From Akkermansia muciniphila (GTDB lineage: Bacteria; Verrucomicrobiota; Verrucomicrobiia; Limisphaerales; JADLHS01), in the NCBI GenBank assembly GCA_945882065.1, contig CAMCWI010000002.1, forward strand, positions 1 through 52,891: a stretch of 52,891 nucleotides of DNA, read 5' to 3'. Both the position numbers and the translations under genes were made by a program. Below the pieces are notes generated by a model. That model did not search any database, had not been told where the DNA came from, and saw only the letters and a list, made by a program, of their open reading frames with translations. Shown one piece after another: positions 18,433 through 28,800 of the stretch; positions within the stretch are counted from its first letter, which is position 1; every line of letters begins with the position of its first letter.

Positions 18433-19944
18433 TTACCGCTTCAACCAACGGAGCATTTCCAACAATCTCGGCGGCTGGCCGGTTCGCAGAATGCCGATGC
18501 GGAAAATTTTACCCGCCATCCACAACGCCCCGGCTGCCGTGACGAGCAGCAGGATTGTCGTCCCGATCAAATCGAACCACGGCGGATCGGCCATGATGCG
18601 GTTCATCATGATGAACGGCGTGTAGATGGGAATCCACGACAGCACACGCGCGAGGACTCCGTTGGGGTCTTTGGGGATGAACGTCATCGTGAACATCGGC
18701 ACCATCATCAACATCATGATCACGCCCATGTAGCTTTGCGCCTCCTTCAACGTGTTGCACACGCTGCCCAATGCCAGGATCAACGCCGCATACATCACAA
18801 AGCCGAACAGGAAATAGACCGAGAACATCGGGATCAGGTTTGAGGATTTCAAGACCGTGAGCATCTGTCCGGTGACCTCGGTCGAGTTTCCCGTCTTCCA
18901 AGTCAGAATGCTGACCAACGCGAGAATCCACGAGAACACCATCGTGAGGCCGACGGCTCCGATGCCCATCAATTTTCCCATCATCAGTTCGCCGGGTGTG
19001 ACTGAGGACAGCAACACCTCGATGATGCGGTTGGATTTTTCCTCGATGATGTTGGTGAGCAGCATCTGGGCGATGGCGAAGATCGAGACCCACAGCAGAT
19101 AGACGAACGCGCTCGGCGCCCATTGCCGGATGACGTCAGTGCGATTGACCGCTTCCTGACCCGCCTCCTTTTTGGGATTGAGGCTGGCGATGGGCACATA
19201 AGTCTGTTCCACCTCGCGGATGGCGACGGCGTCCAGTCCGCGAATCAGATATTCGCGCCGACGAATCTCGGCACCCACGGCCTGCTCAACTTCATCCCGC
19301 AGTTTTGTGTCGGCCAGATTTCCGGACCAATACTCGATGCCCGTCGGCGTGCGAGCGGGTTTTTGATTGGGCCGGACGATTTGTTTTTCGATGTCAGTCG
19401 GGATCAAGATGGCGGCACTCAACGAAACCCATTGCCCGTTCACTTCGATCGTCTTCTCGCCGCGCAGATAGGGTCGCAACGTCCCGGTGAGATTTGTAAT
19501 ATCTGCGTTCTCCTGCACGCCACCCGGCAGCGGCACGGGGTGAAATTCACGTCGCGGCGATTTGAATGGCGGCGCATCAGTCTTCAGGTGCGGCTGTATT
19601 TTTTCCAAGTAAACCGCCTCGCCTCCATGACTGATGAATTGATCGAGTGACGGCAGTTGTGCGGAGTTCGTGCCGGCCAAATGCTTGCGGGCGTACTCAC
19701 CGAGGTCGGCGAGCACCTGCTTTTGATGCTCGCGATCCAGCCTGACTTCGATGACCGGCGCGAGCGATCCGGATTGATCCGCCAAAACGTAATATCGCGT
19801 CGGCGTGCCTTTCTTCTGCAACCAGACAGGCACTTGGATGCTGAGAAAGATGATGAACGGCACAAGCAACAGGCCGAGCCAGAACCCTTTGGTGCGCGCG
19901 TTCTCGGAGTATTCGCGCCAGGCGATGAGATAGATGTATTTCAT
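18433..19944 (-). CDS. ABC-2 type transporter permease (NatB-like, large extracytoplasmic loop)
   Basis: ORF 18433..20103. The ATG at 19944 overlaps the ATPase stop codon (ATGA). MKYIYLIAWREYSENARTKGFW is followed by one N-terminal TM, a ~300-aa loop and 5 C-terminal TMs. Confidence 0.8.
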   Translation of the reverse strand: MKYIYLIAWREYSENARTKGFWLGLLLVPFIIFLSIQVPVWLQKKGTPTRYYVLADQSGSLAPVIEVRLDREHQKQVLADLGEYARKHLAGTNSAQLPSLDQFISHGGEAVYLEKIQPHLKTDAPPFKSPRREFHPVPLPGGVQENADITNLTGTLRPYLRGEKTIEVNGQWVSLSAAILIPTDIEKQIVRPNQKPARTPTGIEYWSGNLADTKLRDEVEQAVGAEIRRREYLIRGLDAVAIREVEQTYVPIASLNPKKEAGQEAVNRTDVIRQWAPSAFVYLLWVSIFAIAQMLLTNIIEEKSNRIIEVLLSSVTPGELMMGKLMGIGAVGLTMVFSWILALVSILTWKTGNSTEVTGQMLTVLKSSNLIPMFSVYFLFGFVMYAALILALGSVCNTLKEAQSYMGVIMMLMMVPMFTMTFIPKDPNGVLARVLSWIPIYTPFIMMNRIMADPPWFDLIGTTILLLVTAAGALWMAGKIFRIGILRTGQPPRLLEMLRWLKR

Positions 19945-20972
19945 CGGAACGTCGCCTCCTTCGCGTCCGGCCCGACCAAGCGCATGAAGACTTCGTGCAG
20001 CGTCGGATCGGATTGATTGAAACTGTGCAACCGGATGCCGCGCGCGAAACAGGTTTGCAAAATAGCCTGCGGATCGGCGTTCTCGCGCAACTCTAATTCC
20101 CAATGTCGGGACTCTCTTCCCATGCTCCCTGTAGCAGCCGACATAAGGAGGCTCTGACTTTCTTCGGTCGAAATAGAATGAGCCTCTTCACGTCGGCTGC
20201 TACGATCCAAAATGGAAACCACTGCGCTCAACGCACGCAACGGTGCGATGTCGTCCTCCGTCTCGATGCGCACACGTCGGGGAATAGTTCGCTGCGCTTC
20301 TGCCAACGTGCCGTCGAAAATTTTCCGGCCTTTGGCCATGAGCAGAATCCGGTCGCACAAACGTTCGGCGTGTTGCATGACATGCGTGGAGAACAACACT
20401 GTACGCCCGCGCTTGGCCATGTCGCGGATGATGTCCTCCATGACCTGCTGATTGACCGGATCCAAACCGGAGAATGGTTCGTCGAGGATCACAAATTCAG
20501 GATCATGCGCTAACGAAGCGAGCACCTGAACTTTTTGCCCCATCCCTTTCGAGAGCGCATCAGTGGGCTTCGTCGCGAAATCTTTCAAGCCGTACCGCTC
20601 CAACAACTCAAACGCACGCTGCTTCGCGACTTTCCTGCTCAAACCTTTCAGCGTGGCAAAGTAGGCGATCACCGCCCAACACTGCATCTTTTTGTAAAGC
20701 CCCTTCTCCTCCGGTAAATAGCCGATGCGATGGCGCACCTTGAGCGCCGAGGATTCGCCCAGCACGGTGATGCTGCCGGTTGTGGGCTTGATGATTTCCA
20801 AAATCATCCGGATGGTCGTGGTCTTGCCCGCGCCGTTTGGGCCGAGGAAGCCGTAGATCGAGCCCGCTGGCAGACTGAAGCTCACATCGTCCACAGCGCG
20901 GAAGTCACCAAATAATTTGGAGACGTTGCGCACTTCGAGCGGTGCGGTGGAAGTGCTGGGGTTGCCGTTCAT
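19941..20972 (-). CDS. ABC transporter ATP-binding protein
   Basis: Walker A GPNGAGKTTT, signature LSKGMGQKV and Walker B FVILDEPFSGLD. The C-terminal accessory domain carries an in-frame palindromic insertion, listed as the repeat at 20131..20203. Confidence 0.9.
   Translation of the reverse strand: MNGNPSTSTAPLEVRNVSKLFGDFRAVDDVSFSLPAGSIYGFLGPNGAGKTTTIRMILEIIKPTTGSITVLGESSALKVRHRIGYLPEEKGLYKKMQCWAVIAYFATLKGLSRKVAKQRAFELLERYGLKDFATKPTDALSKGMGQKVQVLASLAHDPEFVILDEPFSGLDPVNQQVMEDIIRDMAKRGRTVLFSTHVMQHAERLCDRILLMAKGRKIFDGTLAEAQRTIPRRVRIETEDDIAPLRALSAVVSILDRSSRREEAHSISTEESQSLLMSAATGSMGRESRHWELELRENADPQAILQTCFARGIRLHSFNQSDPTLHEVFMRLVGPDAKEATFR
20131..20203. repeat. REP/MITE-like hairpin element embedded in frame in the ABC ATPase gene
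   Basis: GTAGCAGCCGAC (20131-20142) and GTCGGCTGCTAC (20192-20203) form a perfect 12-bp inverted repeat. An inner GAGGCTC/GAGCCTC pair is also present. The element is translated as ...EEAHSISTEESQSLLMSAAT.... Confidence 0.55.
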
Positions 20973-21061
20973 TGTTGGGGTTTGGTTTGGGCAAGAAGCT
21001 ATTCAATTACACACACAAGCGCCAGCTTCTGACGCGACATAATAAACTGATGTCAGTGTCT

Positions 21062-21808
21062 TCACTTGGTCGCAGGCTTTTTGAATTCCAATGGCAGAAT
21101 TTGACCACCTTGCTGCCATTGGCCGGCAAGAGTGTAGCCATCGGCTGCCAACTTGCCTTCGTAAACACCACCGATGCCAAGAGCCTCAAAGCGCACTTTG
21201 CCATCCTTGAGTGTGATTGCGCTCAATGGGATGCCATTCGCACCTTGGTCGAGACTGTCGAGCGTGCCGGTTGCGTTTCCGGTGGAGGATTTGGAAATGT
21301 TCAGTCGCAAACGGAGATTGGCCATGCCGGTAGCCAGTGTGCCGTTCCAAGTTCCAGCGACCTTCAGCGCAGCCTGCTTGTTAGCGGCCAGATCAGCGGG
21401 TGAAAATTTTTCCGCTTCGAGAGATGAATCCTTTCCCTGCTTTTTCTCCAAAACCAACGGCAAGGTTTGAGGGCCTTGTGTCCATTGGCCAGTCGCTTTG
21501 TTTCCAGTTGAATCCAAAGTCCCTTCGTAAATACCGCTTACGGCTTTCACTTCCATGCGCAGTGCTTTGTCTTTCAGGGTGACAACGTCCACCGGAATGT
21601 CGCGCGCGCCTTGGTCAACACTGTCCATTGTCGCGGTCAGTGCGCTACCGGCGGACTTGTTGATCTTGAATATGACCCGCAGCTTCATCGAACCGACTTC
21701 AAGCGTGCCGCTCCAATTGCCAGACACATCGTTGGTGTTTGCTGCGCCAGAGACAACGGCGGAACACAGCAATATTGTGGTGGCCAAAAGTGAAACCATT
21801 TTTTTCAC
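21062..21808 (-). CDS. Secreted protein made of two tandem ~95-aa beta-rich modules
   Basis: Signal peptide MKKMVSLLATTILLCSAVVSGA. Module 1 is SGNWSGTLEVGSMKLRVIFKI...GIYEGTLDSTGNKATGQWTQGPQTLPLVLEKK. Module 2 is AGTWNGTLATGMANLRLRLNI...GVYEGKLAADGYTLAGQWQQGGQILPLEFKK. Confidence 0.65.
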   Translation of the reverse strand: MKKMVSLLATTILLCSAVVSGAANTNDVSGNWSGTLEVGSMKLRVIFKINKSAGSALTATMDSVDQGARDIPVDVVTLKDKALRMEVKAVSGIYEGTLDSTGNKATGQWTQGPQTLPLVLEKKQGKDSSLEAEKFSPADLAANKQAALKVAGTWNGTLATGMANLRLRLNISKSSTGNATGTLDSLDQGANGIPLSAITLKDGKVRFEALGIGGVYEGKLAADGYTLAGQWQQGGQILPLEFKKPATK

Positions 21809-21884
21809 GATAGATTTTTAGTTTAGGTCGTTTGAGAGAATTAATTATTCGCGTCGTGCGCCGACATTTCAAACCGATCCGTTC

Positions 21885-23564
21885 TTATTTGGATTCCGGC
21901 GCCATCATTTTACGGTTCATCGTGAGCGCCATCCGATTCCCGCTGCTGACGGCCTTGCGGAATTCGCCTAGCTTCTCGAGTTCTTCAGGGCTAAGAAACG
22001 AACCAGCCTTGGCGATTGTGTTTTCATAAACGTTATCAATCAGTTTGAGATTTTTTTCTGCTTCGGTTTCCGAGGCGATATTTCGGAAGTTAAGCGTTGG
22101 CACGACCTGATAATCGGCTGGCAGTCCGGCGTTCGCCAGGGTTTGTCGGGTCTCTTCCAACATCATGTCGTAAAGCTGTCGCGCTTTGGTTTCCTGCTCC
22201 GCCTTTTCACCCATCAACTGGTCTTTGAATTGTTCAGCAGTGATGTTGCTCAGCAGACGCTTGGTGTATTCCTGATACTGTGGCAATGCCTCCGGGCCAA
22301 GCAGTGCTTGAATCTTCTCAAGCAGGGCCGCTTCCTGTCCGGCAAAAATTGGCTCCATCTGCGCGGGCGTCATGCCATCTCGCAACACGGCGGTGATGTG
22401 ATCAATGTTCTCCATCACATTGTCCGCTAGCAGATCAATGAGTTTGTCCGCCTGTTCTTTCGGCAAATCCAGCTTCTTGCCAAAATCCTTGTAGATTGAA
22501 GCCATGCCCACCTTCTGTTGATCGCGGATCATTTTCCACATCGCGGGATCGGCTTTCATTCCGCTGAGAGCGCTGGGGCCATTCGTTCTTTGCCGCTCGC
22601 TCGTGACCTCCTGCCGCAGCCGGGCGACTTCTCCACGCAATCGCAACAATTCAAGTGACGGAGAATTTGTTGAGACTGCTGGCGTCGAGGCCGCTTGCGA
22701 TGACAATTTGGCGAGACGCGCGTTCTCTGCGGATAATTGTTCCCGCTGCTCGGTCTGTTGTCGCAACGCTTCGTTCGCGGCGTTCAACTTCGTCTGCGTG
22801 TTGTGTTGCATCACGCACGGAATGGAAACGCCAGCGGCGACGACGGCGGTGATGATTCCGACTTTCAGTTTGGTCATGCTCATGATTTTCAGGATGGTTA
22901 TGGTGGTGACACCACTGCCCGCAGTGCCGGCAATGGCGATGGTTGAAATGCTTATGGCCAATCCCGCCGGAGCGGCTGAGATGGCGCTCGCGGCAAGTGT
23001 TGATCCCAGCGCGACCGCAGACAGTGCCACGCCGCGATGTTTCAAGTGAGACTCCAGTTTTCCCAGCGCGCGATCCACGCGTTTGCGTGCGGCTTCTTCG
23101 TTGCTTCCGAGAGCAACACCGACGGATTGAAAGTCTTGTTGCTCAAAAAACCGGAGCAGGATGGCGGTGCGATCTTCTGCGTTGAGTTGGTTTATCGCCT
23201 CATCCAAAACGGGTGCAACCAAGGCGAGATTGGCTGCCGAATGATCTTCGATGGCATTCATTTCAACTGCCTGTCTTTCCCGGGCCACGCGCCGTCGCTC
23301 TGCCCGCATGGTTTTGCTGGCCACAAAACAAGTGTGCCGATGCAACCAGCCGCCCAGCATCACGTCGGAGGAAAGCGAACGCGCCAGCCGTGACAGATCG
23401 GCGAAAACTGTTTGCGTCACATCTTGTGCACGGTGCAGATCACCATTCACGAGACGCAACGCCGCCGAGTGGACCAAGTCCACGTAGCGCGATGTCAGTT
23501 CGCGAAAGGCCGGTTCTGAACCAGTCTTGGCATACTCAGCCAGCAATTGTTTCGTTTCTGTCAT
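21885..23564 (-). CDS. ECF sigma-70 factor fused to a membrane-spanning, coiled-coil C-terminal extension
   Basis: The N-terminal ~190 aa has sigma region 2 (DVTQTVFADLSRLA) and region 4 (LNAEDRTAILLRFFEQQDFQSVGVALGSNEEAARKRVDRAL). Ala/Ile-rich TM stretches follow, then a coiled coil (ALRQQTEQREQLSAENARLAKL) and a ~230-aa C-terminal domain. Confidence 0.8.
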   Translation of the reverse strand: MTETKQLLAEYAKTGSEPAFRELTSRYVDLVHSAALRLVNGDLHRAQDVTQTVFADLSRLARSLSSDVMLGGWLHRHTCFVASKTMRAERRRVARERQAVEMNAIEDHSAANLALVAPVLDEAINQLNAEDRTAILLRFFEQQDFQSVGVALGSNEEAARKRVDRALGKLESHLKHRGVALSAVALGSTLAASAISAAPAGLAISISTIAIAGTAGSGVTTITILKIMSMTKLKVGIITAVVAAGVSIPCVMQHNTQTKLNAANEALRQQTEQREQLSAENARLAKLSSQAASTPAVSTNSPSLELLRLRGEVARLRQEVTSERQRTNGPSALSGMKADPAMWKMIRDQQKVGMASIYKDFGKKLDLPKEQADKLIDLLADNVMENIDHITAVLRDGMTPAQMEPIFAGQEAALLEKIQALLGPEALPQYQEYTKRLLSNITAEQFKDQLMGEKAEQETKARQLYDMMLEETRQTLANAGLPADYQVVPTLNFRNIASETEAEKNLKLIDNVYENTIAKAGSFLSPEELEKLGEFRKAVSSGNRMALTMNRKMMAPESK

Positions 23565-23717
23565 GTTCCTTCTCTATTAAAGACCCGCCGGACTCGAAAA
23601 GCGGACAAATATCTTTCAGACATAAAAAATGGAAGGGACTTGAACTAGACCTGCGCCCGGAAGGTCGTCGCGGCACGCCCATCCACAAGAACTACGAAGG
23701 CGACTGAAGCCCGATTT

Positions 23718-23837
23718 GAACCGCTAATCTTCGCTGATGACATGCGTTCCCAAGCGCAAGCGAGGACAAACATTCTCACCTCCAACCTTACATCCAGGTT
23801 TTCTGATTAGCGGTGATGAGCGAAAATCAGCGGTTTC
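23718..23837. repeat. MITE-like inverted repeat pair
   Basis: The left arm is AACCGCTAATCTTCGCTGATGAC. The reverse complement of the right arm is AACCGCTGATTTTCGCTCATCAC. They match at 19 of 23 positions by eye, with ~60 bp between the arms, in the sigma-fmt spacer. Confidence 0.35.
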
Positions 23838-23851
23838 ACGTTGGAATTAGG

Positions 23852-24796
23852 TTAAAATATTGTTCCCGGCGGCAATTGATTGCCTGCCAAAAATTCCTGC
23901 GCGCTCATGCGTCGTCCGCCCTCGCGCTGTAAAATCGTCACGCGTAACGCATCTTCTCCACAGCCGATCACAATGCCGGACTTGTCGGCGCTCAATACTT
24001 CTCCGGCTACACCACGCGTGGAAACAAGTTCTGCTTCCCAGATTTTCAGCAGCAACGGCTTTGGTAGCGCGGGCAGATAAGTGAACGCGCCCGGCCACGG
24101 CGTGAATGCGCGAATGCGATTCCAGATCGCGCGGGCTGGCTGACTCCAAACGATGTTGCCGTCTTCCTTGCGGATTTTTGAGACATGCGTCGCGAGCGCG
24201 GCGTCCTGCTTGTATCCGTGAAGCTCGCCAGCAACCAAGCCGTGGATCGTTTCCACCAGCAACTCCGCGCCCATCTCCGCCAACCGATCGTGCAACGTCG
24301 CAGCATTGTCCTCATCGCGGATGGGCGTCGTGTTTTGCATGAGCATGTCCCCGGTGTCCAGCCCCACATCCATCTGCATGATTGTGACGCCGGTTGTCTC
24401 ATCGCCGTTGAGGATGGCGGATTGGATCGGCGATGCGCCGCGATATTTTGGCAACAACGACGTGTGGACATTCAGGCAACCAAAGCGTGGCAAATCCAAA
24501 ATCGCCTTTGGTAAAATCTGACCGAACGCGGCGACAGCTATAACTTCCGGCTGCAAGACGCGGAGTTCGGCGATGAACTTTTCATCACGCGCCTTTTCCG
24601 GCTGTAAGACGGATAAGCCCGCTTCAAACGCGAGTTGTTTTACAGGCGATGGCTGGAGCTTGAGGTCGCGACCTTTGGGCCGATCAGGCTGCGTGACCAC
24701 GGCGACAATCTGAAACTTCGGCACACGCAGGAGCGCCCGCAGACTCGCGGCGGCGAGGTCGGGTGTGCCCATGAAGATGATCCGCAATGCAGCCAT
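23852..24796 (-). CDS. fmt: Methionyl-tRNA formyltransferase
   Basis: MAALRIIFMGTPDLAAASLRAL..., with the formyltransferase blocks NVHTSLLPKYRGASPIQSAI and the C-terminal domain. Confidence 0.93.
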   Translation of the reverse strand: MAALRIIFMGTPDLAAASLRALLRVPKFQIVAVVTQPDRPKGRDLKLQPSPVKQLAFEAGLSVLQPEKARDEKFIAELRVLQPEVIAVAAFGQILPKAILDLPRFGCLNVHTSLLPKYRGASPIQSAILNGDETTGVTIMQMDVGLDTGDMLMQNTTPIRDEDNAATLHDRLAEMGAELLVETIHGLVAGELHGYKQDAALATHVSKIRKEDGNIVWSQPARAIWNRIRAFTPWPGAFTYLPALPKPLLLKIWEAELVSTRGVAGEVLSADKSGIVIGCGEDALRVTILQREGGRRMSAQEFLAGNQLPPGTIF

Positions 24797-24876
24797 GTGT
24801 TAAGCGAACGGGAAAACCACGCGGCACTAAAGAAGAAAATGCTTGGAAGTCTTCACCAAAAACGCAGCCGGTCAGC

Positions 24877-25086
24877 CTATGCGGGCAGATTTTGCCCAAC
24901 CGGGAAGAAACGTGTCCAGTCCTGCGCAGCATGAAGGACGCGGATCACCATGATCGTCTCTTGGAACGGTTGGTAGAAGATCAGATAGTTGCGGAACTTC
25001 GGCACAACGAACCAGCGGAGTAGTGCGTGACGGGGAGAAGCATTGCGAATGCGCCGTCCTATTTCACGATGCTGGGCAAGCAACTC
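24877..25086 (-). pseudogene. 5'-truncated ParE/RelE-family toxin gene
   Basis: ELLAQHREIGRRIRNASPRHALLRWFVVPKFRNYLIFYQPFQETIMVIRVLHAAQDWTRFF matches the C-terminal two thirds of ParE-type toxins (YLIFY...V.I.RVLH..RD). The N-terminus and any antitoxin are replaced by a transposase stub. Confidence 0.55.
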
Positions 25087-25254
25087 ACCGGCTGGACGGC
25101 CAAGCGGCGCGTGGTGGTGCTGCGCCGCAAACAGCAACGGCGAATGGAAAAAGAATCCTCCCACGAACTGGGCTGGCCACTGCTGGCCGAAGGCGACCCA
25201 GTCCCCGAGTATGAATACCAAGTCTTGGTGACCAACCTGAGCGAAGAGTTGTTA
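25087..25254 (+). pseudogene. Internal fragment of a DDE transposase (IS1380/IS4-like)
   Basis: TGWTAKRRVVVLRRKQQ...EYEYQVLVTNLSEELL resembles the 'RRvvv.R...y.yq.lvTNl' block of DDE_Tnp_1-type transposases. No DDE catalytic residues or element ends are visible. The lower-GC sequence that follows to ~25700 has no ORF. Confidence 0.45.
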
Positions 25255-25845
25255 AGGCTGCGGGCGCGGCCTTCGCCACCGTCACCCCGGAAGATTGCCG
25301 TGGGTTCTTTTTACACGCCGGATACGCTACGTGGTTTATGGAAACACTCTAATGATGGAATCCCTTTGGGACATCGAAAAGCAGACTCTAGCCGTGCGGA
25401 AATCCTCCGCCAGAACCCAATAAACAATAGCAAAATAAGGGAGGAATGCGTTTCTTGGCCACTGTTTTTGAATCCCTCAAAATTGGCCTCAATTGGGTGT
25501 AAAAGGCCGTTTCTGACAACCGATGGCAACCGCCGTGATCCGACCTCACTCAATTCATCCTTGTGGAACACATCTAAGAATATCTATCGCGGATTCACAC
25601 TGAGTGCCGCCCCAGCCCATCAATACCTGACTGACCGTCTTGAGTTGGTGCTGTGTGGTCAGACACTCCGTCAAGCTCCCTAATCAAAACGCCAAATCTA
25701 TCGCCCTGCTCCATTGTCCCGTGTTCTGATCATTCCGACTCGGTCGATCACCGAACTCCAATTTTGACGACTTCGCCATGCGACGCTTCTGGACCTCTGG
25801 ACTGAACGCTTGCCTGACTGGAAAGTTCGCGCCAGACTTTTGAAC

Positions 25846-28800
25846 ATGCACTCCGGATTGCGATTAGTGGTTCTTGCCGTCGGGCTGGCGTTATTGCCCC
25901 TGCCGGCTGGGGCGGCTGGGGATACCGTGCAGACCAATTCGCCGAACCCGGACTACATGGTGAACCTCTGGGGCGCGGACGAAGGTATGCCGATGGCATC
26001 GGTCACGGATGTGGCGCAGACGCCGGATGGGTATCTGTGGTGCGGCACGCTGGTGGCGGGCTTGATGCGCTTCGACGGGGTGAACTTTGTTCCCTTCAGC
26101 ACGGCCAACATCCCCGAGATTCAAAGCGAAGGCATTCACAAACTCGCTGTGGATCAGGCCGGGCGGCTGTGGATCAACACGCTCAACAACGCGCTGGTAA
26201 TCTGGGATGCGACGGGTTTCCAGTCGGCGGTGGCAACCGGCGTGCGCGTGAATCGCCTGCTGTGGTCGGCGGCGGACGAGGTAATTTTTTTTGAGGAAGG
26301 CGGAAAATTGTTCTGGCTACAACGGACCGGGCAAGGCTGGAGTAGCGAAAGCATTCCGCTACCGGAGTGGAAGGCGCGGCAGGTCTGCGCCGATGCCGAC
26401 GGGCGCGTCTGGTATCTCCGCACCAACAATGTCCTCGCTTCCTGGCAGCAGGGAAAACATCTCACGCTGGAATCGCCGCCGGGATTGGAAGGCCGATCAA
26501 TCCGCCAGCTCGCCGCCGACCGGCTGGGGCAGGTTTGGGTGGGGACGGATGAGATGCTGGCGCGGTGGGAGGGAGATCGTTTTGTTTCCGTTGATCCAGG
26601 AGGCGATCAGGCGCAACTCGCGGTCAAGCGCATCATTCCTGCCGGACGCGGCAGCCTTTGGGTGGAGGCCAATGGCCGGATGCGGCGGATGGCCGAAGGC
26701 CGCTGGGTGGCGGAATCGCCCGCATGGAAAAATGATTTTGGTAAACTCGGCCCGTTACAATTCGTATGCGTAGACAGCGAGGGTGGCATCTGGGCCGGCG
26801 CGCGTGACTCCGGCTTGATTCATCTGGCGCCGGACGGAACGGTGACGCGGCTCACCACGCGCGATGGACTGCCAAGCAATTCGCTGCTGTTCGCCAGCGA
26901 AGATCGTCAGGGAAATATCTGGAGTGGCTACGCGCGCGGCGGATTGATCCAGGTGCGTCCGCGATTATTTCGGACGGTGGCCAAGTCGCAGGGGTTGTCG
27001 GACACGTTGGTGAGCACGGTCTGTCAGGATGCGGAGGGCGCGGTCTGGATTGGCACTCATTCCGGCACGGTTGCGCGCTGGCAGGATGGGCGCTGCACCA
27101 ACATTGACCTGCCCGCGAGCCGGTCGAGCCGTCCGACCGTGGTGACGGCGGACGCCGCCGGGCGCAAATGGTTCGCCGTCCCCAACGTCGGGCTGATGGT
27201 GCATGAATCCGGCAACACCCGGCTGGTGGCGGACAAACAACAAATCTCCGGCGACATCCGGCTCCTGTTTTCCGCCAGCAACAACGAGCTGTGGATCGGC
27301 AATTTCAACGGCATCTGGTCGCGCAAGGACGAGCAACTCACGAAAGTTTATTCCAGCGGCCCGGCGGCGGTGGAGAGTCCGGCGGCGATGGCGGAGACGG
27401 CGGACGGGACGATCTGGGTCGGAACATTCGGTGGATATTTGTTACGCTGGGACGGCACGCGGTTCAATCGCAGCGAACCGCCGGAGCGACCGTCGTTGGG
27501 ACGGCTTTGGGCGCTCTGTGCGGACAAAGACGGCGGACTTTGGATGGGCAGTTCGCGCGGCGGGCTGCTTCATTGGCGCGACGGAAAATTTCGCCGTTAC
27601 ACCACGAAGCAGGGGCTGCCTTCGGACTGCATCGTGCAGGTGATGTTGGACGGGAAGGAAAATCTGTGGCTCGACACCACCGCTGGAATCGTCCGTGTGG
27701 ATGGCACTGCATTCAGTCGTTTTGACAGCGGCGAACTCGACACACTGCCGGTCAGTGTCTATGGGCGCGAAGACGGACTCCTGACTATCGGCCCGGCCAT
27801 CGAGTTTCAACCGAACTGCTGGCGGGCGCGGAATGGCGAGCTGTGGTTCGCCATGGCCAACGGCGTGGCGTCCGTGAATCCCGATTCCATCAAAATAAAT
27901 CTGACGCCGCCTTCGGTGGTGCTCGAAGAAATCCGGGTGAACGGAACGAACGTCTGGCCGGCGCGTCCGGGGGCGGTCTTCGCCGCTGTCGCCACAGGGA
28001 CTGCTGAAACGTCTGCGGCGCATCCGTTCGTAAAGGTTGGACCTGGGCGGCAGGATTTGGATTTTCGCTTCACCGGATTGAGTCTCGGCTCGCCGTTCAA
28101 AGTGCGTTTCAAGTATCTGCTCGAAGGGTTGGATGATGACTGGAGTGACGTCGGCGACAAGCGGACGGCCACCTACCGCTCCGTGCCGCCGGGTGATTAT
28201 CGTTTCCTGCTGATGGCGTGCAATCGCGACGGGCAATGGAGCGAACCCGCCACGCTGGCACAGGTTGAAATTACGCCGCACTTTTACGAGACCGCCTGGT
28301 TTCAGGGAGTCGCGCTCTTGGCGGTGATTGGTGGGGGCAGCGGATTCGCGTTTTGGTATGCGCGATGGCGTGCGCGTCGGCGCATGGCGGAATTGAAACG
28401 ACAGGGCGCGATTGACCGCGAGCGTGCGCGCATCGCCCAGGATTTGCACGACGACCTTGGGAGCGACCTTACCGAAATCAGTTTTCTCGGGGCGATCGGC
28501 CGGACGGAAGCGGGGATTCCGGCGGAAGTGCGCACGCGGTTCGACGGCATCACTCAGCGCGCCCGGAACATGACGCGTGGGCTGGACGAAATCGTGTGGG
28601 CGGTCAACCCGGCCAACGACAGTCTCGCTTCGACGGTGAGTTACGTCTGCTCGCGCGTGCTGGAGCGTTCGCGCGCCGCCGGGGTGGATTGCCACCTCGA
28701 CGTGGCGACGGAACTGCCGGAAATCGAACTCTCATCCGATCAGCGCCACAACGTCCTCCTGGCGGTAACGGAGGCGGTCACGAATGTGATCAAACATTCC

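Noticed and set aside
27442-28695. 417-aa ORF antisense to the sensor kinase
   Set aside because: It is a shadow ORF. The plus-strand frame carries unambiguous Y_Y_Y, H-box and ATPase motifs, and the minus-strand product is Arg-rich and motif-free.
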